Of a stretch of DNA of 64,000 nucleotides, positions 46,232 to 55,837 are shown in pieces (position 1 is the first letter of the stretch; every line of letters starts with the position of its first letter). The translations under genes and the position numbers were made by a program. The notes beneath the pieces are model-generated. The model was given only the letters and a program-made list of their open reading frames with translations. It made no database searches and was not told the origin of the DNA. This DNA comes from an uncultured virus (IMG/VR IMGVR_UViG_3300006919_000003) (lineage: Duplodnaviria; Heunggongvirae; Uroviricota; Caudoviricetes; Schitoviridae), in IMG/VR virus record IMGVR_UViG_3300006919_000003; one strand, 5' to 3'.

Positions 46232-47533
46232 ATGACTGATATTACAAACCTTTCAGATGAAGAAATTATGAACATGGAAGTTCTTCCTGACGATATGAAG
46301 GAAGAAGCACCTGTTGAAACCCCAGAAACTCCCGAACCAGAAGTTGAGACGGAAGTAGTAGCAGAAGAACCTGCTCCTGCTGAAGAACCAGTATCTGAAG
46401 AGGAAGTTACACAAGACCCAGAGCCTGCTGCTGATCCTGAAAAAGAAAATGAAGAAGGCGAAGAAGGTAAAACTGTTGAAGGTAAAGAACCTAAAACAGA
46501 TGAGCCTGTTAATCCTCTTGAAACTCCTGATGAGGAAACAGAAGAAGGTAAAGCACCTGAAACTGAGCCTAAGAAGGAAGAAGAGCCTGCTAAAACTGAA
46601 GAAGGTAAGAAGGATGAAAAAGATCCTAAAGACCAGAAAAAAGAAGAAGAAGGTTCTGAACCGAAGGATGACTTCGACTATAAGGCTGCTTACGAACGTA
46701 TGTTAACATTCCGAGCTAACGGTAAGGATATCAAGCTTGATAACCCTGATGAAGCCGTAAGACTTATGCAAATGGGTGCTAACTATACTAAGAAACTTCA
46801 ACAGTTGACACCACATTTAAAGATGGTTAAGATGTTGGAGAATAATGACTTGCTTGATGAGGGCAAACTTTCGTTCATGATTGATTTGAACAAGAAAGAC
46901 CCAGCAGCAATTCAGAAGTTCCTTCGGGATGGTGGTATCGACCCAATGGATATCGATACTTCTACCGAACCGACTTATACGCCTAGCAATCACTCCGTTA
47001 GTGATGCTCAAATGGACTTTGACAGAGCATTGGAAGACACAGCGTCCACCCAATCAGGTCAGGCTCTACTTGTAGACATCAATTCTGGATGGGATCAAGC
47101 TTCAAAAGACGCCATTTATAACGATCCGTCTGTATTGCCTCTCTTGGCTCAACAAAAAGAAAGTGGTATCTACGATATCATCACTAATGAAGTTGAGAAA
47201 AGACGCATGTTGGGCCAAGTGACTGGAATGTCGTCTATCCAAGCCTACCAAGCGGTAGGACAAGCTTTGCAAGCCGAAGGCAAGCTAGGACAACCTAATC
47301 CGACACCTGAAACAGTACAGCCTACTCCTGTAGTAGATCCTGCACCAGAACAGACAAGTCGAGTGGTTGAGACTCGTGCAGCCCCACGTAAAGCTCCCGT
47401 CGAGAATAGTGCTCAGGTTAAAGCTGCTGCTGCTGTTAAGACATCGCCTAAAAAAGTTCAATCGAACATTAATCCCCTCACCATGTCGGATGAGGAATTT
47501 GAAAACGCTGCTGGGTTAGCTGGAAAGATCTAA
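46232..47533 (+). CDS. N4 gp57-like acidic protein (scaffold candidate)
   Basis: Glu/Pro-rich N-half; FRANGK..LMQMGANYTKK; terminal repeats LSDEEI / MSDEEF. Confidence 0.85.
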   Translation: MTDITNLSDEEIMNMEVLPDDMKEEAPVETPETPEPEVETEVVAEEPAPAEEPVSEEEVTQDPEPAADPEKENEEGEEGKTVEGKEPKTDEPVNPLETPDEETEEGKAPETEPKKEEEPAKTEEGKKDEKDPKDQKKEEEGSEPKDDFDYKAAYERMLTFRANGKDIKLDNPDEAVRLMQMGANYTKKLQQLTPHLKMVKMLENNDLLDEGKLSFMIDLNKKDPAAIQKFLRDGGIDPMDIDTSTEPTYTPSNHSVSDAQMDFDRALEDTASTQSGQALLVDINSGWDQASKDAIYNDPSVLPLLAQQKESGIYDIITNEVEKRRMLGQVTGMSSIQAYQAVGQALQAEGKLGQPNPTPETVQPTPVVDPAPEQTSRVVETRAAPRKAPVENSAQVKAAAAVKTSPKKVQSNINPLTMSDEEFENAAGLAGKI

Positions 47534-47562
47534 TCCCGCACAAACTATAAGGACTAATTGTT

Positions 47563-48744
47563 ATGGCTCATGCTTATAATAACCCGCCATCAACTGATTC
47601 CACCATTGGTGGAGAACAGATGGAAACCTTCTTTTGGCACAAAAAGGCGCTGATTGAAGCTAAAAAAGATATGTATTTCATGCCTATGGCTGAAGTTATG
47701 TCTATGCCGAAACATTACGGTAAAGAGATCCGAGTGTATCACTACATTCCGCTCTTGGATGACCGTAACGTTAGTGACCAAGGTATTGATGCTGCTGGTG
47801 CAACCATTGCAGATGGTAACCTATACGGTTCATCTCGTGATGTTGGTACAATCACATCGAAACTTCCTTCTCTGACTGAGAATGGTGGTCGTGTTAACCG
47901 CGTTGGCTTCACACGTATCCAGCGTACTGGTTCAATTACGAAACTGGGCTTCTTCACAGAATTCACTCAAGAGTCTTTCGACTTTGATAGTGACTCTGAG
48001 CTGTACATGCACATGTCTCGTGAGATGGTAACTGGTGCTACACAGCTTACTGAAGCAGTTCTTCAGTCTGATCTGTTGGCTGGTGCAGGTACAATCGCTT
48101 ATGCAGGTGCTGCTACTTCGCACGCAACTGTAACAGGTGAAGGTGCTGGTGCTGCAATCGTTGATTATGATGACTTGGCTCGCCTGTCTATCACTCTCGA
48201 CGACAACCGTACACCGAAGCAAACCAAAGTTATCACTGGTTCTCGTATGATTGACACTCGTGTCATTCGTTCAGGTCGTGTGATGTACATTGGTACTGAG
48301 CTTCAGTTGACTGTTGAGCGTATGGTTGATCCATTCTCTAACGCTGCATTCATCCCTGTATCCCAGTATGCTGATGCTGGTACAATCATGAACGGTGAGA
48401 TCGGTACTGTCGGTCAGTTCCGCATCGTGGTTGTTCCTGAGATGCTACACTGGGCTGGTGAAGGTGCTGCTGAAGGTACTAACCCTGGTTTCCGTGCAAC
48501 ATCAGGTAACTACGATGTCTTCCCAATGTTGGTCGTTGGCGACGGTTCATTTACTACAATCGGTTTCCAAACTGATGGTAAATCTACCAAGTTCAAGATC
48601 ACTACTAAGAAGCCTGGTCGTGAAGTTGCTGATCGTAATGACCCTTACGGTGAGCTTGGCTTCAGCTCGATCAAATGGTACTACGGTACTATGATCTTGC
48701 GCCCTGAGCGTTTGGCCGTAATTAAAACGGTTGCAAGCATCTAA
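47563..48744 (+). CDS. Major capsid protein (N4 gp56 family)
   Basis: [37 protein letters not shown]. Confidence 0.97.
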   Translation: MAHAYNNPPSTDSTIGGEQMETFFWHKKALIEAKKDMYFMPMAEVMSMPKHYGKEIRVYHYIPLLDDRNVSDQGIDAAGATIADGNLYGSSRDVGTITSKLPSLTENGGRVNRVGFTRIQRTGSITKLGFFTEFTQESFDFDSDSELYMHMSREMVTGATQLTEAVLQSDLLAGAGTIAYAGAATSHATVTGEGAGAAIVDYDDLARLSITLDDNRTPKQTKVITGSRMIDTRVIRSGRVMYIGTELQLTVERMVDPFSNAAFIPVSQYADAGTIMNGEIGTVGQFRIVVVPEMLHWAGEGAAEGTNPGFRATSGNYDVFPMLVVGDGSFTTIGFQTDGKSTKFKITTKKPGREVADRNDPYGELGFSSIKWYYGTMILRPERLAVIKTVASI

Positions 48745-48763
48745 TAAGATGCTTTAAGAAGAG

Positions 48764-48788
48764 GAGAGGGGAATAATCCCCTCTTTTC
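48764..48788 (+). terminator. Intrinsic terminator after capsid gene
   Basis: GAGAGGGG-AATAAT-CCCCTCTT-TTC. Confidence 0.75.
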
Positions 48789-48813
48789 ACTTCTCTAACG
48801 ATTGGAAACAGAT

Positions 48814-49590
48814 ATGTCTGATAAACCTACTTTGACTGGTAATGAGGGTGGAAAACCATCTGAAGAAACCAAAACCGAAACAGCTCCTAAAGTTGAAACA
48901 ACTATTGCCCCACCAAAGGCAGCAGTTACTGAAGCTCCTAAAGTAACAGAAGCTCCAAAAGAGACTCCTGTTGTTACTGAAGAGCCGAAAGAAGAACCAA
49001 AAGCTGAAGAACCTCGTGCTGCATCTACAGGCCGTACTGCTAAAGAGCAGCAAGAGCTTGATATGCTTAAAGAACGTGCTTTGCTTATGGGTATCGCTCA
49101 CTCTCCTAACATTGGCCTCGACACTCTTCGTAAGAAGATTGAAGACAAGCAGGCTGGTCTCAAGGAAGAAGAAGAGAAGAATGCTGAAGTTGCGAAGAAT
49201 GCTGAAGATGAAACTCCAATGCAAATTCGTGAACGTTTGAAAAAAGATCAATTGAAATTGATCCGTGTTCGTATTCATAATATGAACCCTGCTAAACGTG
49301 ACTTGAATGGCGAAATCTTCTCTGTCAGTAACAAGTTCTTGGGTACAATTCGTAAGTTCGTACCATTTGGTGAAGCGACTGATGGTGGTTATCATCTACC
49401 GATGATCATCTATAATGAGCTACGTACTCGTAAGTTCCAACAGATTAAAACTCGTACTGAGAACGGTCAGTTGAAACATGAAACACGTATGGTTCCTGAA
49501 TATTCTTTTGAAGAGCTTCCGCCTCTTTCTGAAGAAGAATTGGAAGAACTTAAAGTGAAGCAGGAAGCTGCTGCACGACTTGGAGGCTAA
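48814..49590 (+). CDS. N4 gp55-like protein
   Basis: LKERALLMGI.HSPNIG; LIRVRIHNMNPAK. Confidence 0.85.
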   Translation: MSDKPTLTGNEGGKPSEETKTETAPKVETTIAPPKAAVTEAPKVTEAPKETPVVTEEPKEEPKAEEPRAASTGRTAKEQQELDMLKERALLMGIAHSPNIGLDTLRKKIEDKQAGLKEEEEKNAEVAKNAEDETPMQIRERLKKDQLKLIRVRIHNMNPAKRDLNGEIFSVSNKFLGTIRKFVPFGEATDGGYHLPMIIYNELRTRKFQQIKTRTENGQLKHETRMVPEYSFEELPPLSEEELEELKVKQEAAARLGG

Positions 49591-49591
49591 T

Positions 49592-50482
49592 ATGGCTGAC
49601 ACTGGTGATTGCGGTGGTGTAGAGCTTGCTAAAAGCAGCTTTACCGACCTAAGCTCAGACCAGACTATTGAATTCCCTGTCCCAGATTTATCTGGGGCAG
49701 GTTTTCAAGTACCTGACTCTGATGACAGTAAATACGCAGACATTAATCAATTAGATATTGATGCTCTTACCACTGGTAAAGTACATGGTGAAGGTGTCTT
49801 CGATAAACTCATGACTTCTGTGAAACATCACATTGAAGAAGAGTTTCGTAATGGTCGTATCACTGGTGAACAATATACAAAAGCGTATATCGAAATCACA
49901 CAAACAGCTCTTAGCACTGCTACGCAGTTCTTATTGTCTAAAGATCAAGCTTACTGGCAAGCTGTAATTGCACAAGCTCAAGCACAATCTGCTGAAGCAG
50001 AAGTTGTTGTTGCAAGAGTTGGTGTTGAAACTGCTAAGGCTCAGTTGGTTACATCTGCTTATCAAGCTCAAACAAGTAAAGGTGAGTATGCACTCACTAA
50101 AATGAAGCTTGCTACAGAGAATGCTGACTTCTGTACTAAGACTGCACAAAAAGAACAACTCGATTATCAAACTGAAAACATTCTACCTGCTCAGAAAGCA
50201 TTACTGGAAGAGCAAAGAGAAGTTCAACGTGCTCAAACAATGGACACTCGTACAGATGGTGTTACTATTGTTGGTTCCATTGGTAAGCAAAAAGATCTTT
50301 ACTCACAGCAGATCACATCATATACCCGTGATGCAGAGTATAAGACAGCTAAGATGTATCTTGACTCTTGGATCACACAGAAGACACTTGATGAAGGTCT
50401 CTTGGCTCCTGATCAGCTTACAAACGCTAATATCGATGAAGTATTGGCTGCTGTTAGAACAAACAACAACTTGGGTAGTTAA
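49592..50482 (+). CDS. N4 gp54-like virion protein
   Basis: GEGVFDKLM..RITGEQY; GSIGKQKDLYSQQITSY. Confidence 0.85.
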   Translation: MADTGDCGGVELAKSSFTDLSSDQTIEFPVPDLSGAGFQVPDSDDSKYADINQLDIDALTTGKVHGEGVFDKLMTSVKHHIEEEFRNGRITGEQYTKAYIEITQTALSTATQFLLSKDQAYWQAVIAQAQAQSAEAEVVVARVGVETAKAQLVTSAYQAQTSKGEYALTKMKLATENADFCTKTAQKEQLDYQTENILPAQKALLEEQREVQRAQTMDTRTDGVTIVGSIGKQKDLYSQQITSYTRDAEYKTAKMYLDSWITQKTLDEGLLAPDQLTNANIDEVLAAVRTNNNLGS

Positions 50483-50500
50483 AACCCATTAGGATAACAA

Positions 50501-53170
50501 ATGGGTATCTTTAGCACCAAAAAGACAATTCATGTCGCATCTACAGTTTACAACATGGCTGGGGATATCTCGGATAGACCGAGTTATCTCAAGTCCTCTG
50601 TTGTTTCTGCTGTTTTAGGTGATCCTAAGAAGTTTGTTGGTGAGACAGTTGTACAAGCTCATTTAAATGGGCCAGGGATCCGTCAGAGAGGCGTTCAGCG
50701 TTGGGCGGTTAATAACTACCCCCTGGGAACTCCTACGGCTTCTATCACTAAAATTTACCAGTTGGATCCACAAGATGTTGTGAATGAGATCCCTAAAAAT
50801 GCAAATGAGATCATTCATATTCAAAATGCTTTTGTTGATGTAGCTGATACTTTTTACATTGCTGAGAAACATGTAATTGATAATCATCCAGAGCTTTATA
50901 ATACTGATTGGATCATGGATACTGATGAGGATACAGGTGATATCATTATTGAGTACGAAGACAACTCAATTGAGACAATTTCTGCATCTGGATTTAATCC
51001 AAGTGATCTATATGTTGTTGCTTATTTTCGTCGCTTCCTAGAAGATTACACTGGCCCATTAGTAACTGGTTCAGTCCAAACAGGAAATCCTGACAATAGC
51101 AGCTTTTCATTGGTCAGCTCGAACGATACACTGATAGATCCAATTGTGTTGACTGAGACTGTTCATGTTCTGAAAGAATATTCAGATAGTCAACCAGATG
51201 AAGAAACAACTACAACCACAGACACTAATAGCTCATTTACTGAGAACGTATCTGTTTACTCTAAGACAGAGTATTTAGGTTATAACGAGATAGAAGATCG
51301 TATTGAAGAACGTACTACTACAAGAACTGTTTGGAAAGATTACAGCATTCAAGAGACTGTTGATGTCCAAACAGAAACTGAAGACATGGGTACATATACG
51401 GTTACTACTACTACCACAACTACAACTGAGTATCTTCAGACAGATTACACATATCGTGACGATACCCAGATGAAATATAGCAATGAAACAGTCTCTGCTT
51501 TGGAGATGTTTCTATATGTCATTGGTGATGGTAATGCTACTCTTGATGCTCTTGTAGAAGAACTGAATGTTGATTTAGGTGAGTTCTACCCATTTGTACC
51601 ATTGCGATTGAACAATAAAGCTATTGATCATGATGACTTTGATGACATGTATAATGATGTCAAAAAAGCTTACAAAAAAATGACTACAGCTAAGATTGGT
51701 GATGTTCTCGAAAGTCTTGAGGACAACGAAGATATTGGTGATATCGATTATGTTTACATGATGTATGGTGCTCCTCTTAATACAGAGGAAGACTCATCTA
51801 AACGTTATATCTATGAATTCATTGATAATTTGATCCAGTATCAAACAATGAGTTATGCAGATTACATCACTTACAAAGGTGCTGCTCAATTACGTTTTGA
51901 GTACGATGAAGCTTTGGCAGCATGGGAAGAAGCTCAATCTGAACCAGGAAATAGTGGTTATAATACTCCCAAACCTGAGTATGTACCACCTGCTACAAAA
52001 CAGTTATTTCTGTTTAGAATTAACTCTCAGGACAGTAGAGTAAGCTCATTTAATCAGAGTATTGAATGGGTTACAGTGAATAAAGAAACTCATGCTGGTT
52101 TATTTGAAGTCGATGGTAAACAAGGTGATGTGAAAATCGAAACTGCTCCATCTGATATTGTAACAGTCAGTATCACACGAGAACCTGAAACTGGTAATGT
52201 GATCAAACAAACAGAAACTATTCCAGTTTATAAAATCACATACCAGACTGAAGTTGATGAATATGTTACTCTAACTGTCTATGGTATGATCCATAGGAAC
52301 CATGTTTATGGTGGTAAATCTGTTGTCATCGACTCTTCAGCAGCTTTTGCTGATAATGATGAAAGTGGTTTTCTATTTCCTATGCACGCACCAACAATCA
52401 AGAAATTATCTTTGGTTGATGCTACTCAGATGGCTACAGTAAATAGTTTTCTCATCATGAACTCATATGAGATCGTCAAAACTCGTTGGTATGAGAGAGG
52501 TATTTTTCAGATCATTATTGTGATCGTAGTTGTTATTCTCACTGCAATCATTGCCCCACAATTGGTAGGTGCTTCTGTTGGACTGCTCGGTAGTAATATC
52601 GCTGTGGGTACAGCTCTTGGTTTCACAGGTACGGCTGCCATTGTTGCAGGTGCTGTTGCTAACGCAATTGTAGCTATTATTGTGACCCAAATCATTAGCG
52701 GTGTAGCAACTAGCATCTTTGGTGATAAGATTGGTGCTATCATAGCTGCTGTTGTTAGTTTCATCGTAACAGGAGGATTTGCTTCTATCTCTTCAGGTAG
52801 TCTTACTATCAATTGGGCATCAATGATGCGTATTGATAACATCATGGCACTTACAAGCACTGCTGCAAATGCTTATGCAGGCTGGGTTAACGGTGAAACA
52901 CTTGAAATCCAGCAAGAAATGAGTAATATGATGGAAGAATACGAACAAAAGTTCGATGAGTTAGAAGACTTAACTAAAGAGTTAGGTATTGACCAAGGGT
53001 ACATTAATCCGTTAATGTTCACTGAATTCACACAAAGCGATGAACTCTATCCAGAATCTTCAGACAGCTTCCTAAACAGAACAACAATGGTAGCAACAGA
53101 TTTCATAGACTTAAGTTTCGCTATGATTTATGATTTTACCGAAATGACAACAACTCTTGATAAGGGTTAA
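50501..53170 (+). CDS. N4 gp53-like virion protein with C-terminal hydrophobic helices
   Basis: MGIFS.KK.IHVASTVYNMAG; WYERGIFQ followed by several TM-like segments. Confidence 0.85.
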   Translation: MGIFSTKKTIHVASTVYNMAGDISDRPSYLKSSVVSAVLGDPKKFVGETVVQAHLNGPGIRQRGVQRWAVNNYPLGTPTASITKIYQLDPQDVVNEIPKNANEIIHIQNAFVDVADTFYIAEKHVIDNHPELYNTDWIMDTDEDTGDIIIEYEDNSIETISASGFNPSDLYVVAYFRRFLEDYTGPLVTGSVQTGNPDNSSFSLVSSNDTLIDPIVLTETVHVLKEYSDSQPDEETTTTTDTNSSFTENVSVYSKTEYLGYNEIEDRIEERTTTRTVWKDYSIQETVDVQTETEDMGTYTVTTTTTTTTEYLQTDYTYRDDTQMKYSNETVSALEMFLYVIGDGNATLDALVEELNVDLGEFYPFVPLRLNNKAIDHDDFDDMYNDVKKAYKKMTTAKIGDVLESLEDNEDIGDIDYVYMMYGAPLNTEEDSSKRYIYEFIDNLIQYQTMSYADYITYKGAAQLRFEYDEALAAWEEAQSEPGNSGYNTPKPEYVPPATKQLFLFRINSQDSRVSSFNQSIEWVTVNKETHAGLFEVDGKQGDVKIETAPSDIVTVSITREPETGNVIKQTETIPVYKITYQTEVDEYVTLTVYGMIHRNHVYGGKSVVIDSSAAFADNDESGFLFPMHAPTIKKLSLVDATQMATVNSFLIMNSYEIVKTRWYERGIFQIIIVIVVVILTAIIAPQLVGASVGLLGSNIAVGTALGFTGTAAIVAGAVANAIVAIIVTQIISGVATSIFGDKIGAIIAAVVSFIVTGGFASISSGSLTINWASMMRIDNIMALTSTAANAYAGWVNGETLEIQQEMSNMMEEYEQKFDELEDLTKELGIDQGYINPLMFTEFTQSDELYPESSDSFLNRTTMVATDFIDLSFAMIYDFTEMTTTLDKG

Positions 53171-53185
53171 TAGAGGATTTTATAG

Positions 53186-53575
53186 ATGTTTACGAACCTA
53201 CCCATTCCTACACCTCGTCCTTATGATGGACTAGCAGGTTTAAATCTGGACTTTCAAGGTACTCAAACGGGTACTAATAACATGCAACCATTCTCATTGA
53301 ATGCTGCAAACCCTGCTGGTGCTGGTATTGACCTTAAAGGTCTCAGCACACTCTTTTCGGGTATTTCAGCTCTTGGTTCCTTGTATGGTTCTTTCCAGCA
53401 AAACAAACTTGCAAAAGAAAGCTTGAATTTCCAAAAAGACGCTTTCAATAAAAATTATACAAACCAGGTGAAAACCTACAACAACTCTCTTGCTGATCGT
53501 ATTAATGCTCGTGCTCATACTGAAGGCCGTGCTGATGGTTATGCAAGTGATTTGATTGAAGAGCGTAAGCTGTAA
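53186..53575 (+). CDS. N4 gp52-like ejection protein
   Basis: KLAKESLNFQK..NYTNQVKTYNNSL.DR. Confidence 0.85.
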   Translation: MFTNLPIPTPRPYDGLAGLNLDFQGTQTGTNNMQPFSLNAANPAGAGIDLKGLSTLFSGISALGSLYGSFQQNKLAKESLNFQKDAFNKNYTNQVKTYNNSLADRINARAHTEGRADGYASDLIEERKL

Positions 53576-53586
53576 GGAACAATTTA

Positions 53587-55779
53587 ATGGCTCAACTTCG
53601 TTATCAAAGTGTAGCTGCTCCCAATCTATCTGGTATTTCTCAGATTTTGGCAAACAGCTCTTCTGGCTTCAGTGCTGGTTTCGACAAACTCAGTAATTTG
53701 CTGAATGAACGTGCTAATGATCGTGCAACAGCACAGAGTAATGCTATCATCCCTGAACTTGCTCAAGTAGGTTCAGAGGCTGAAGTGAACCAGTTCCTTC
53801 AAGGACTTGGTGGGAAGATTGATCCTCGTAACATGTCTCCTGAATTGCTATCAGCAATCACTAATTTACGTAAAAATGCTCAAGGGTTTGACCAAGGTCG
53901 TTTAGACCAGTCAAAAACGAGAGCTGATATTCGTGGTGTAGATGCTCGAACAAGAGGTACTCAGGCTCAAACACAGATTGCATTGAATGCTGATGGTCGT
54001 ACACAAACACAGTTTGATCGTGGTATTGCTCGTGAAGATGCACTAGCAGGTCATACTAATCACTTCGCTAATGCTCGTATTGGTGCTTATCGAGGTCAAA
54101 ATGATCTTGGTGGACTTGCTCCTAGCACTCTTATTCAAACAGAGAGTGGTGGTAACTTTGCAGCATCAAATGATGCTACTGGTTCCAGTGGTCGTAAGGG
54201 TCACTTTGGTCGTGTTCAATTTGGTAAAGATCGTCTTGATGATGCTAAACGTGCTGGTGCTATCCCAAAAGATATGACACCAGAGCAATTTCTCAAAGAT
54301 CCAGATGCTCAAGTAAATGCTGAAAAATGGCACTTTGGCGATATCCAACAAAATATCGATAAAGCTGGTCTTACTAAGTACATTGGTCAGAATGTGAATG
54401 GTACACCTATCACTCGTGATGGTATTGTTGCTATGGCTCATCTCGGTGGTTTTGCGGGTGCTAAGAAGTTCTTGGAATCTGGTGGTAAATATAACCCTGC
54501 TGACTCTAACGGTACAACTCTATCTGCTTATGCAAAGACACATGCTGGTAATACATCAGGTAATGTACCTTATGATTACTCATCTGGTGGTGTATTACGT
54601 CCACAAGACATCAATCCACTTATTGATGAAACATATAAAGCTTTTGGTATTGGTCAGGATCGTCGTAACACTGATGCAGTTAATGCTGATGCTAATCGTG
54701 CTCGTGATACTGCATTTAATAATGCTCAAACTGCTAGTAATACAGCTTCTGCTGGTCTAGCTGCTGCTATTGAGCGTGCTAATACAAGCTTGAACCCAAC
54801 TGAAGCAGTACAAAGTATTGCATCGGATCCAAACCTAACACCTGAAGAAAAGCAAGCTGCTCTTGGTTCATTGGGTAATCTTCCAGTGGATACAATCCAA
54901 GCTCCACGTCCAGGTTCTCAACCTGCTTCATTCCCTGAGACGGGCCAAGCTAATGTAATCATTGATAGTTTTGTTAAAGAGCAACAAGCTGCATTGGCAA
55001 ATAATGACAATATTCGTATCAACAAGAACGCTGCTGAAGCTTATTCTGATGGTTCACCTGCTAACAAGCTCCTAGAGCGTATCCCAGGTCTTAATGCGAA
55101 TAACGCTACAGTATTGACTGCTATCAATAAGGTTCGTGAAGCACTTCCAGCAGGTGCAAGCCCTGCATTGGCTGCCTCACTGATCGAAGAAACAGTACGT
55201 CAAGGTCGTTCATTTATCCCATTTGATGGTGAAGACAGTTCTACTGTTGAGATCGATACAGATGCTGCTATTGCTAAGGGTCGTCAAATCCTATCACCTG
55301 AAGGTGTTCGTGGTGCTGCTGAGATCACAGCTCAAGCTGAGAACAATAAAGCTGGTTTGGATCAAATCCAACAAGCTATTAGCGGTCTGCAAACTCAAAT
55401 TACTCGTGAAGAGCAATTGGGTCGTGATAGTTCTGCTTCTCGTGAACTCCTTAAGAACTACAATGATCGCCTACTTACATTCCAACGTGACAATCCTGTT
55501 GTTGGTCAAACAAATCGTGCTGTTGAACAGACTGCTGCTCCTCAAGGACAACAAGTACCAGTCTCTCAGAACCCCGCAGAGCGGGAAGCAGCAGTGACTT
55601 ATCTACGTAGTCAACCAGAATTGGTTCAGCAGTTGCAGAACTGGGGTAGTTACAATGAAGCTCAAAAGGCTGCTATTATCCAACAAGCTACACAACATGT
55701 GCTTAGTGAACGTTTGATGACTACCAACCAAAAACGTGCTGTAATTGGTGAATTAAATGCACTGAGGGCTGGTAATTAA
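53587..55779 (+). CDS. N4 gp51-like ejection protein with lytic transglycosylase domain
   Basis: IQTESGGN..GRVQF..AHLGG; no Cys seen in the translation. Confidence 0.85.
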   Translation: MAQLRYQSVAAPNLSGISQILANSSSGFSAGFDKLSNLLNERANDRATAQSNAIIPELAQVGSEAEVNQFLQGLGGKIDPRNMSPELLSAITNLRKNAQGFDQGRLDQSKTRADIRGVDARTRGTQAQTQIALNADGRTQTQFDRGIAREDALAGHTNHFANARIGAYRGQNDLGGLAPSTLIQTESGGNFAASNDATGSSGRKGHFGRVQFGKDRLDDAKRAGAIPKDMTPEQFLKDPDAQVNAEKWHFGDIQQNIDKAGLTKYIGQNVNGTPITRDGIVAMAHLGGFAGAKKFLESGGKYNPADSNGTTLSAYAKTHAGNTSGNVPYDYSSGGVLRPQDINPLIDETYKAFGIGQDRRNTDAVNADANRARDTAFNNAQTASNTASAGLAAAIERANTSLNPTEAVQSIASDPNLTPEEKQAALGSLGNLPVDTIQAPRPGSQPASFPETGQANVIIDSFVKEQQAALANNDNIRINKNAAEAYSDGSPANKLLERIPGLNANNATVLTAINKVREALPAGASPALAASLIEETVRQGRSFIPFDGEDSSTVEIDTDAAIAKGRQILSPEGVRGAAEITAQAENNKAGLDQIQQAISGLQTQITREEQLGRDSSASRELLKNYNDRLLTFQRDNPVVGQTNRAVEQTAAPQGQQVPVSQNPAEREAAVTYLRSQPELVQQLQNWGSYNEAQKAAIIQQATQHVLSERLMTTNQKRAVIGELNALRAGN

Positions 55780-55837
55780 TAAAAAACCATAGTATGTGTT
55801 CCTGACAGACTACAAAAATTAAATCAGGAACACAGCT

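Noticed and set aside
46232..46680. Repetitive GAAGAA/CCTG sequence as a CRISPR or repeat array
   Set aside because: Low-complexity Glu/Pro/Lys coding sequence of gp57, with no fixed repeat-spacer period.
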